In this document: one piece after another, positions 31,505-39,499 of the stretch
Layout: each line of letters begins with the position of its first letter
Numbering within the stretch: position 1 is the first letter of the stretch
Assembly: GCA_039027815.1 (NCBI GenBank)
Contig: JBCCJK010000002.1
Coordinates: forward strand, 25,610 to 89,609
Direction: 5' to 3'
Length of the DNA stretch: 64,000 bases
Source of the DNA: Verrucomicrobiota bacterium
GTDB taxonomy: Bacteria > Verrucomicrobiota > Verrucomicrobiia > Verrucomicrobiales > JBCCJK01
Made by a program: the position numbers and the translations under genes
The notes under the pieces: generated by a model
What the model was told of the DNA's origin: nothing
Seen by the model: the letters and a program-made list of their open reading frames with translations, nothing else
Database searches by the model: none

Positions 31505-32833
31505 ATGGCCGCCGACTGCAGGACAGACAACTTGCCGCTTTCGGGGAATCAACGACTCTGTTCCATGGACAGCGGAAAACAGGGGCTGACGCGTGATTAT
31601 GTCCGAGAGCTGCTGGGTGGTCGCGATCCCGAGGAGGTGGCAGAGCAGTTGTTGCCTCACGGGGGGGATGCTCCACGTTCGTTTTGGCCGAGTGCTTCGA
31701 CAGATCCTTCTCGTGTGGAGCGTTTGTGGAAGCGGCTAGGGGCGACTTCCAACCCCGCGCTCTGGGATAGCTGGACGCAGGCGAATGCAGGAGCCTTTGC
31801 CGGGAATATCGAGAATTTCATTGGGACGACGAAGATTCCCACGGGGATCGCGGGGCCGCTCCGGGTGAACGGCCTGCACGCGCAGGGAGAGTACCCTATT
31901 CCCTTGGCGACTTCCGAGGCGGCGTTGGTGGCGAGCTATCATCGCGGGATTTGCCTGCTGAATGCGGCGGGGGGCTGCTCGGCGATGGTGGTCTATGAAT
32001 CGGTGGCGCGCGCGCCGGCCTTCCTCTTTGATACCATCGGGGATGCGGGGCGGTTTTTGGTTTGGGTGACGGAGCAATTGGAGGCGCTGAAGCGTGTCGC
32101 CGGGACTACGACATCGCATGGAGAGTTGCGGGATGTGGCGGTGACAGTGGAGGGCAATCATGTGTATCTCTCGCTAGAGTTCTTTACCGGTGATGCGTCC
32201 GGGCAGAATATGGTCACGATCGCGGCGGAGGCGGTTTGTGCCTTTATCGATCAAGAGTCTCCGGTGCCGATTCGAGCGATGTATGTCGAAGGCAATCTTT
32301 CCGGTGATAAGAAGGCGAGCGCGAAAGCCTTCACGGATACGCGGGGCAAAAAAGTGACAGCAGAGGCGGTGTTGCCGTCGGCCTTGGTGGAGAAATTTCT
32401 GCATTGTTCGGCTCAGGCGATGACGGAGTACTGGCGGGTGTCAGCTGTGGGTGGAGTGCTGAGCGGAACGCTGGGGGTGCAAGGCCATTTTGCCAATGGC
32501 TTGGCGGCGTTCTATCTGGCGACGGGTCAGGATGTAGCTTGTGTGGCGGAAAGCGCAGTGGGTGTGACGCGATTTGAGCTGACGGAGGGCGGAGACCTCT
32601 ATGCGTCGGTGACGCTGCCCGCGTTGATGATTGGCAGTGTGGGCGGCGGGACAGGATTACCAAGTCAGCGAGCGGCACTGGAGCTTCTGGGATTGTCGGG
32701 AACGGGGAAGGCGCGGGCCTTGGCGGAGGTTTGCTGTGGGACGCTGCTGGGTGGGGAATTGTCGATCATTGGGGCCTTGGCGGCTGGAGAATTCACCCGC
32801 GCACACCAGAAGCTGGCGCGAAAACATTCCTAG
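31505..32833 (+). CDS. Class-I HMG-CoA reductase family enzyme (soluble bacterial type), orphan
   Basis: ENFIGTTKIPTGIAGPL, PLATSEAALVAS, FFTGDASGQNM, SGDKKAS, FYLATGQDVACVAES, GSVGGGTGL, GELSIIGALAAGEFTRAH; collinear with the Streptomyces class-I enzyme. Start is ATG 31505 (GGGG 6 nt upstream) or ATG 31565. Confidence 0.85.
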   Translation: MAADCRTDNLPLSGNQRLCSMDSGKQGLTRDYVRELLGGRDPEEVAEQLLPHGGDAPRSFWPSASTDPSRVERLWKRLGATSNPALWDSWTQANAGAFAGNIENFIGTTKIPTGIAGPLRVNGLHAQGEYPIPLATSEAALVASYHRGICLLNAAGGCSAMVVYESVARAPAFLFDTIGDAGRFLVWVTEQLEALKRVAGTTTSHGELRDVAVTVEGNHVYLSLEFFTGDASGQNMVTIAAEAVCAFIDQESPVPIRAMYVEGNLSGDKKASAKAFTDTRGKKVTAEAVLPSALVEKFLHCSAQAMTEYWRVSAVGGVLSGTLGVQGHFANGLAAFYLATGQDVACVAESAVGVTRFELTEGGDLYASVTLPALMIGSVGGGTGLPSQRAALELLGLSGTGKARALAEVCCGTLLGGELSIIGALAAGEFTRAHQKLARKHS

Positions 32834-32886
32834 AATCAATGATTCTATCCAAATGATCGATTGGACTGGGCTGCTTGCGGCGAACT

Positions 32887-33798
32887 ATGATCGAAGCCAT
32901 GCAGAAGTGGTGGATGTACCAGAAGGAGCGTTTTCCGCTCGCGGCGCATGGCCCGTTGGTCTTGGCGTTCAGCGCGGGAGCGGTAGCGTATTCGGCGCTC
33001 TTGACGGGGGTGGCGGAGGTGCCTTGGCGAGCTTGGGTGGTGGCTTTCGGGGTTTGCTTGCTTTTCTTCCTGCAGCTGCGGATTGCGGATGAATTCAAGG
33101 ATGCGGAGGAGGATCGGCGTTGGCGTCCGTATCGGCCGGTGCCGCGTGGGTTGGTATCGCTGGGTGAGTTGCGGCTGATCTTCATCCTGTGCGCTTTACT
33201 CCAAGCAGGGCTTGTGGTTTGGCTGCACGTGGGATTGCTGTGGGGTTTATTTTTCGGCTGGGCGTATCTTTCGCTTATGAGCGTGGAGTTCTTCGCTCCG
33301 GAATGGTTGAAGGCGCGGCCGATTACGTATTTGTGGACCCACATGCTCATCATGCCGATCGTGGATTGGTTCGCCACGGCCTGCTTGTGGCTGCCGCTGG
33401 GCAAGCCGCCGAGCTTGGGGCTGACGTGGTTTCTGGCGGCGAGTTTTGCCAATGGTCTGGTGATCGAGCTGGGGCGGAAGATACGTCGTGTGGAGGATGA
33501 GGAAGAGGGTGTGCCGACGTATTCGAAGCTCTGGGGGGCGGGGCAAGCGCTCCGCGTTTGGTGGGGTTGTCTGCTGGCGGTAGTGATATTCGCGCTGTTG
33601 GCGGCGTGGTATGTGAGTGGTATGGTGACGGCGATTGTTCTTTTACTGACTGGACTGGTGGCTTGTGGTTTTGCGACGCTTCGCTTCCGCCGAGGTTCGT
33701 CCGGCAAGGTGTTGGAGGGGGCGGCCGGGTCGATGACGATTGCGCTGTATCTCGGAGTGGGGTTGGCCCCTTTGTGGTTGCAGGAGGTGGTGCGATGA
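32887..33798 (+). CDS. UbiA-superfamily membrane prenyltransferase-like protein
   Basis: About 8 TM segments. First Asp-rich motif RIADEFKDAEEDRRWRPYRPVPRG and second motif RRVEDEEEGVPTYSKLWG match the UbiA family pattern. Confidence 0.75.
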   Translation: MIEAMQKWWMYQKERFPLAAHGPLVLAFSAGAVAYSALLTGVAEVPWRAWVVAFGVCLLFFLQLRIADEFKDAEEDRRWRPYRPVPRGLVSLGELRLIFILCALLQAGLVVWLHVGLLWGLFFGWAYLSLMSVEFFAPEWLKARPITYLWTHMLIMPIVDWFATACLWLPLGKPPSLGLTWFLAASFANGLVIELGRKIRRVEDEEEGVPTYSKLWGAGQALRVWWGCLLAVVIFALLAAWYVSGMVTAIVLLLTGLVACGFATLRFRRGSSGKVLEGAAGSMTIALYLGVGLAPLWLQEVVR

Positions 33799-36191
33799 AA
33801 ATTCGTTTTCCAGAAGAGATCTCGGGTGACCATCCGCTGGGCGGGAAAGCGGCGGCCTTGGTGGCTTTGGCGCAAAGCGGATTGTCGATTCCGCCATGGT
33901 TTGTGGTGCTGGAGGGCAGGGAGGAAGTGGGGTTGCCGGAGGCTTTGGCGCGTTTGGGTGGCGAAGTCTTTGCGGTGCGGTCTTCGGCGGGTGATGAGGA
34001 TGGGGCCAGTGACTCGTTTGCGGGACAGTTTGATAGCTTCTTGAATGCGCCGCCGGAGCGGGTTGCCGAACGGATCGAGGCGGTGCGGGCGAGTGGTCGT
34101 GCGGCTCGCGTGGCGTTGTATCGCGAGAGCCGAGGTCGTGAAGAACCCCGTTCCATGGCGGTGCTGGTGCAGCGGATGATTCAGGCCGAGAAGGCAGGAG
34201 TGGCCTTTTCGGCAGATCCCCTCAGCGGTCGGCGCTCCCTGGTGCGTCTTTCGGCAGTGCGCGGCTTGGGGGAGGCTTTGGTTTCCGGTGAGGCGGAGGG
34301 TGAGGATTGGCAGGTGGCGGAAGAAGCGGAGCGTGTAGCGGGGCCGGACGTGCTGCGCGAGCACGAGGCGATGCAGGTGGCGGATCTGGCGCGGGCTTGC
34401 GAACAGTTCTTCGGCGTGCCGCAGGATATTGAGTGGGCCTTCGATGCGGCGGGGAAACTCTGGCTCTTGCAATCGAGGCCGATCACCACGCTCGGGCAGT
34501 TGCCGGACCCAGAGGATACGCTTCGCGTTTGGGATAACAGCAACATTGCGGAGAGTTATTCCGGTATCACGACGCCGCTGACCTACTCCTTTGCCCGTAA
34601 AGCTTATGCAGAAGTGTATCGCGCGTTCTGCCGGATTCTTCAGGTGCCCAAGCGACGGATCTTCCGCAGTGAGGCGGTCTTTGAGGAGATGATCGGGCAG
34701 GTGCGGGGGCGGGTGTATTACAACCTGCTGAGTTGGTATCGCGTGCTGGCGCTCTTGCCGGGCTTTTCGCTGAATCGCGGCTTTATGGAGCAGATGATGG
34801 GCGTGCGCGAGCCTTTACCTGAAGAGCTGGTGGAGAAGGTGATGGTAGAGGCGAAAACACATCCTGTGGCGGATGCCCTGGCGTTGGGGCGGACTTTGGC
34901 TGGCGTGGTCTGGGGGCAATTTACGCTGCGTGGGCGGATTCGTGCGTTTTATCGTCGATTGAACCGAGCGCTCGCTCCGTGCGATCCGGGTGCGATGCGT
35001 GGAGAGGAGTTGGCGGCGGCGTATCGCGATCTAGAGAAACGACTGCTGACGCGCTGGGACGCGCCGCTGGTAAACGACTTTCTGGCGATGATCGCTTACG
35101 GGGTTCTGAAAGGGCTGGCGAAAAAGTGGGCCAAGGATGCGGGTGGTGATTACGCGAATCGCTTGGTCTCACGTGTTGGTGGTGTCGTGAGTGCGGAGCC
35201 TGCTAGGCGGATGCGGGAAATGGCCGCTATGATCGAAGAAGAAACGGCGCGGTTTCTGATTGATTCCGAGCAGCCCTGGCAACGGCGGGAGGCTCGATTG
35301 CGCGAGCTGGAAGAGGTAGGCAAGGCCTACCAAGCCTACTTGGATCGTTTCGGCGACCGTTGTCTGGAGGAGTTGAAGTTGGAGAGTCGGAACTTACGTG
35401 ATGATCCTTCGACGCTGTTGGCCGGTATCGGAGCGTTGGCTTTATCGCCGCGCGAGCCTTCGGCGGAGGAGTCCCTGGAAGAGAGAAGAATCGAGAACCC
35501 GTTCGGGCGCTGGATTTTCCGGCGCGTGGCCGAATGGGCAGTGGCGCGGGTCCGGGATCGGGAGAATCTGCGATTTGAGCGGACGCGGGTCTTTGGTCGT
35601 GTGCGGGATTTGGCGCGAGCTATGGGACGACGGTTGGCGGCGGATGGTCGATTGGCAGATGCGGAAGATGTGTTCTTTCTGGAGATGGAGGAGGTGGTGG
35701 GGGTGTTCGAGGCGAGGAGAGCAGGAGACGATTTGCGCGGGATGGCAGAGGAGCGGAAGCGGCTTTTCAGAGAGTATCGCGAGCAGCCAACGCCGCCGGA
35801 CCGTTTTGAAACCCGTGGCCCACTTTGGCGAAATGCCTTGCAGGCGGAACTGACCCATAAAGTGCTGGAGGGAGATTTGCGAGGTACGGGGGCTTCGCCG
35901 GGTGTGGTGCGTGGAAAGGTGCGCGTAGTGGAGAATCCGCAGGGAGTAACGTTGCGGGCGGGAGAGATTTTGGTGGCGCGACAGACTGATCCCGGATGGA
36001 TCGTTTTGTTCACGGCGGCGGCGGGTCTCCTCGTCGAGCGTGGCAGTGTGCTTTCGCATTCGGCGATTGTCTCGCGCGAGCTGGGACTGCCTTGCGTGGT
36101 GGGCTTGACGGGAATTTGTGAAGCGCTGCAGGAAGGCGATGAAGTGGAACTAGATGGAGCCAGTGGCGTGGTGCGCCGATTTCCCTCGTGA
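33795..36191 (+). CDS. PEP-utilising-enzyme family phosphotransferase (N-terminal PPDK-type ATP-grasp, long middle domain, C-terminal swivel His domain; no PEP/pyruvate TIM-barrel domain)
   Basis: ATGA overlap with the upstream gene. N-terminus GGKAAALVALAQSGLSIPPWFVV. C-terminus GASPGVVRGKVRVV...GEILVARQTDPGWIVLF...ERGSVLSHSAIVSRELGLPCVVG. Length and architecture resemble rifampin phosphotransferase rather than PpsA. Confidence 0.8.
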   Translation: MKIRFPEEISGDHPLGGKAAALVALAQSGLSIPPWFVVLEGREEVGLPEALARLGGEVFAVRSSAGDEDGASDSFAGQFDSFLNAPPERVAERIEAVRASGRAARVALYRESRGREEPRSMAVLVQRMIQAEKAGVAFSADPLSGRRSLVRLSAVRGLGEALVSGEAEGEDWQVAEEAERVAGPDVLREHEAMQVADLARACEQFFGVPQDIEWAFDAAGKLWLLQSRPITTLGQLPDPEDTLRVWDNSNIAESYSGITTPLTYSFARKAYAEVYRAFCRILQVPKRRIFRSEAVFEEMIGQVRGRVYYNLLSWYRVLALLPGFSLNRGFMEQMMGVREPLPEELVEKVMVEAKTHPVADALALGRTLAGVVWGQFTLRGRIRAFYRRLNRALAPCDPGAMRGEELAAAYRDLEKRLLTRWDAPLVNDFLAMIAYGVLKGLAKKWAKDAGGDYANRLVSRVGGVVSAEPARRMREMAAMIEEETARFLIDSEQPWQRREARLRELEEVGKAYQAYLDRFGDRCLEELKLESRNLRDDPSTLLAGIGALALSPREPSAEESLEERRIENPFGRWIFRRVAEWAVARVRDRENLRFERTRVFGRVRDLARAMGRRLAADGRLADAEDVFFLEMEEVVGVFEARRAGDDLRGMAEERKRLFREYREQPTPPDRFETRGPLWRNALQAELTHKVLEGDLRGTGASPGVVRGKVRVVENPQGVTLRAGEILVARQTDPGWIVLFTAAAGLLVERGSVLSHSAIVSRELGLPCVVGLTGICEALQEGDEVELDGASGVVRRFPS

Positions 36192-37282
36192 GCAGCGAAG
36201 TGCAAGAACACGCGGCCTTCGATCGCATTCGCTATGCGTTTCCCTGGGAGGATGCGGAGATACTGGTGGCTGCCTTGCAACCAAGGGGGAGGCGCTGTCT
36301 GAGCATTGGAGCATCGGGCGATAATAGTTTGGCTCTGCTGGCAGCGGGGGCGGAGTCGGTCTTAGCCGCAGAGCTGAATCCGGCGCAGATTGCGTGTCTA
36401 GAGCTGCGTGTGGCGGCGTTTGGTTGTTTGGAGTGGCAGGAGCTCTTGCAGTTGCTGGGCGTGCGAGCTTGTGGGGATCGGGCAGTTTTGTATCGGCGTT
36501 GCCGGGAGGGGTTGTCCTCGGAGGCGTGTGCTTTCTGGGATGCTTGTGATTGGGAAAAAGCGCGCAGTCCGGCGAGTGATGGAAAGTTCGAGCGCTACTT
36601 CGCGATGTTCCGTCGGGTGGTGCTGCCCTTGTGCCATTCCCGTAGACGGGTGGCGGAACTGCTGGAGTCGAGAAGTAGGGAGGAGCGTCGGCGCTTTCAC
36701 GATGAGGTCTGGGACAACCGTCGCTGGCGGGCGCTCTTTGCGGTGTTCTTCTCGCGTCGCGTGATGGGTTGGCTGGGCCGCGATCCGGCCTTTTTTCGCT
36801 ATGTGGAAGGCTCGGTAGCGGAACGGATTCGTGGGCGGGTCCGTCATGCCTTGGTGGAACTGGATCCGTCCGCCAATCCCTATCTTCGGTTTATTCTAAA
36901 CGGCGCGTATGGCGATTGTCTGCCACCAACATTCCGAGAGGAGAACTTCCCGCGTATTCGCGAAGCCTTGGCTGAGGGGCGGCTGGAGATTCATCGAGGG
37001 CCAGTTGAGGGTGTGAAAGAAGCGAGGTTCGATGCTTTCAATCTCAGCGATATCTTCGAGTACATGAGCGCGGATGCTACGGAGTCTGTGCTGCGGTCTT
37101 TGCTATCGCGGGCGAGGGGGGGAGCTCGATTGGCTTACTGGAACATGCTGGCACCGCGAAGCCGACCGGAGTCGTTGGCGCATCGGTTGCGACCTTTGGA
37201 GGAGGAAGCGGCGCGTCTCTTTCAGCGTGATCCGGCGTTTTTTTACAGTCGCTTTGTGGTGGAGGAGGTGACGGATGGCTGA
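36188..37282 (+). CDS. BtaA-like SAM-dependent 3-amino-3-carboxypropyl transferase family protein (DUF3419)
   Basis: GTGA overlap with the upstream gene. IRYAFPWEDAEIL and CLSIGASGDNSLALL resemble the DUF3419/BtaA N-terminal and SAM-binding motifs. Confidence 0.65.
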   Translation: MSSEVQEHAAFDRIRYAFPWEDAEILVAALQPRGRRCLSIGASGDNSLALLAAGAESVLAAELNPAQIACLELRVAAFGCLEWQELLQLLGVRACGDRAVLYRRCREGLSSEACAFWDACDWEKARSPASDGKFERYFAMFRRVVLPLCHSRRRVAELLESRSREERRRFHDEVWDNRRWRALFAVFFSRRVMGWLGRDPAFFRYVEGSVAERIRGRVRHALVELDPSANPYLRFILNGAYGDCLPPTFREENFPRIREALAEGRLEIHRGPVEGVKEARFDAFNLSDIFEYMSADATESVLRSLLSRARGGARLAYWNMLAPRSRPESLAHRLRPLEEEAARLFQRDPAFFYSRFVVEEVTDG

Positions 37283-38558
37283 TGCGATCGGCATGGCGGG
37301 GGTGCTTTTGGGAATGGTGGCTTGGATGGCGCTGGTGCCGCGTTTTGGTTGGTCGCCGGAGTTATCGAGAAAAGCGGTGCATGTCGGACTCGGGCTGGGG
37401 TGCCTGGGATTTCCGTGGCTTTTTTCTTCGCCGCTCTCGGTCTGGATTCTGGCCGGTCTGGCTGTGGCGGTGCTGGCGGGGCTTCGTCGGCTGGAGCTGG
37501 GCAAGGCGCTGCATGGCGTGGAACGGCAATCGCTCGGCGATCTGTTGTTTCCGCTGGGCGTGGCGACGGTCTTCACGACGGCGCGTGGCGATGCCATGGC
37601 CTTTGTGATTCCAGTGGGGATTCTGGCGCTGGCGGATGCGGTGGGCGCGGTGGGTGGTGTGCGATACGGGAGGGTGTCCTATACGACCTGGAAGGGAACG
37701 AAGTCGGTCGAGGGTTCGGCGCTCTTTTTCCTGACAGCATTTCTGCTGGCGCATCTCGGCCTCTTGCTGGGGACGGAGGAGACGCGGTGGACCTGTGTCT
37801 TGGTGGCCTTGGCGATCGCTTTGCTTGGTATGGTGATCGAGGGATTGCTGGGCGATGGGTGGGACAATTTTGTTTTGCCAGTGGGGCTCTGGTTGGTGCT
37901 GGATCGAGCGTTGGAGCGGTCGCTTTTGGGGCAGGTGGTTTCGGTGGTCTTCGTGGTGGCGCTCTTCGCTCTGGTGCTACTGCTGCGCCGGTCGAGTAGT
38001 CTGGATGGCGGCGGATTGCTGGCGGCGGTTCTTTTTGGCTATGCTTGTGCGACGCTGGGGGGCGCGACGTTCCTATGGCCGCCCCTGGTATTGTTCGCGG
38101 TGCATCTTGTGACGACGCGCGCCATCGCTGATCGCAAGAGTCTACAGCATGGGCTGAGGGAGATCGCTGCGGTGGCGGCGCCGAGCTTGGTCTGGTTGCT
38201 CTTGTATGAGTTGAACCTGGTTTCCTATGCCGGTGCGCTGGCCGGGCATGTTCTGGCGAGTGCTGTGCTGCTCGGGCTGATGCATGTGGGCACGCGACGT
38301 TTTTTGGGGCTGTCGGGCGTGGGCTGGAACTTGGGTCTGGCGAAGCCTTTGCTGGGGTTGCTGCTGCCTTGGCTGGCGTTGCGCCGTTTTGCATGGGATG
38401 GCTGGCTCGGGGTGATTTTCGGGCTGTCGGGGCTCGTGGGCGCGATGGTGGTTTTTTATCGTTTCGGCTGGCGCAGGGCAGGCAATGGCTGGAACTGGTC
38501 TTGGAAGGCCGTGGCGGCGGGAGGGGTTTCCCTGGGGGCGTTTCTTTTGCCGTTATGA
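37275..38558 (+). CDS. Polytopic membrane protein: N-terminal dolichol/phytol-kinase-like (CTP-dependent polyprenol kinase family) domain fused to about 200 aa of extra TM helices
   Basis: 8-nt overlap with the upstream gene. SRKAVHVGLG, LALADAVGAVGGVRYGR, KGTKSVEGSALFF, MVIEGLLGDGWDNFVLP match the polyprenol kinase/CDS-like family pattern. Confidence 0.65.
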   Translation: MADAIGMAGVLLGMVAWMALVPRFGWSPELSRKAVHVGLGLGCLGFPWLFSSPLSVWILAGLAVAVLAGLRRLELGKALHGVERQSLGDLLFPLGVATVFTTARGDAMAFVIPVGILALADAVGAVGGVRYGRVSYTTWKGTKSVEGSALFFLTAFLLAHLGLLLGTEETRWTCVLVALAIALLGMVIEGLLGDGWDNFVLPVGLWLVLDRALERSLLGQVVSVVFVVALFALVLLLRRSSSLDGGGLLAAVLFGYACATLGGATFLWPPLVLFAVHLVTTRAIADRKSLQHGLREIAAVAAPSLVWLLLYELNLVSYAGALAGHVLASAVLLGLMHVGTRRFLGLSGVGWNLGLAKPLLGLLLPWLALRRFAWDGWLGVIFGLSGLVGAMVVFYRFGWRRAGNGWNWSWKAVAAGGVSLGAFLLPL

Positions 38559-39499
38559 AGCCGGACCTTTTTCTGCGAGACGAGTTTCCGGATGGAGAAG
38601 CGCCCTACGAGGCGGCGCAGCAAGGTGCGGATGCGTGGTTGTGTGTGCCGGGGGCTCATTGCGGCTTGTGGTGGTCGAAGGTGCCTGCGCTGCCGGGGCG
38701 TCGAATGGGTTGTGTGGGTGCGTATGCGGCGGTGGAGCGGGAGGCGGGGCGCGGATTGCTGGAGCAGGCGGTTGCGCTTTTGGGGGAGCGCGGGGTTGAG
38801 GCCGTGGTCGGTCCCATGAATGGCAACACCTGGCGACCGCATCGGTTGGTAGTGGAAAGCGATGGGCGTCCTCCGTTTTTCCTAGAGCCTCGGAATCCGG
38901 AGGCGTGGGTGGAGGATTTTCGGATGGCAGGCTTCTCCGAGTTGGCGACCTATAGTTCTTCGGAGGTGCCGTTGACGGAGTCGCCGGATTTGGGGCATAT
39001 TGAGAATCGATTGGCTGCACGAGGTATTCAGTTTCGCTCGCTTGATCGGAATCGCTTCGGCGGGGAGCTGGAGAGGATTTTTGCTGTTTGCTTGGAAGCG
39101 TTTGCGCAGAATTATCTCTACACGCCGTTGGAGAGGGAGGAGTTCCTGGCAGCCTATGGGAAGATGGCTCCTCATGTGCGACCGGAGCTGGTAGCTCTGG
39201 CGGAGAGAGAGGATAGATTGGAAGGATTTTTGTTCGCCTTGCCCGACTTGGCGGCGGTGCAAGCGGGTCGAGAGCCTTCCCTGATTCTGAAGACGCTGGC
39301 GGTGCGACCGAAACGTGACTTGGCGGGGCTAGGCAGTGTGCTGGTGTCGCGGGTGCAGGCGGCGGGTCGGCGAGCAGGCTTTCGTAAGGCCTTGCATGTG
39401 ATGCAGCACGAGAACAATGCCTCGCGAAGACTCAGTTCGCGCTTTGGTGACCAAGTGTTTCGACGCTATGCTCTTTTTGCCAAGGAGGTGACAAGATGA
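38555..39499 (+). CDS. GNAT-like N-acyltransferase
   Basis: ATGA overlap with the upstream gene. C-terminal LKTLAVRPKRDLAGLGSVLVSRVQAAGRRAGF resembles the GNAT acyl-CoA binding motif. N-terminal domain unassigned. Confidence 0.55.
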   Translation: MKPDLFLRDEFPDGEAPYEAAQQGADAWLCVPGAHCGLWWSKVPALPGRRMGCVGAYAAVEREAGRGLLEQAVALLGERGVEAVVGPMNGNTWRPHRLVVESDGRPPFFLEPRNPEAWVEDFRMAGFSELATYSSSEVPLTESPDLGHIENRLAARGIQFRSLDRNRFGGELERIFAVCLEAFAQNYLYTPLEREEFLAAYGKMAPHVRPELVALAEREDRLEGFLFALPDLAAVQAGREPSLILKTLAVRPKRDLAGLGSVLVSRVQAAGRRAGFRKALHVMQHENNASRRLSSRFGDQVFRRYALFAKEVTR

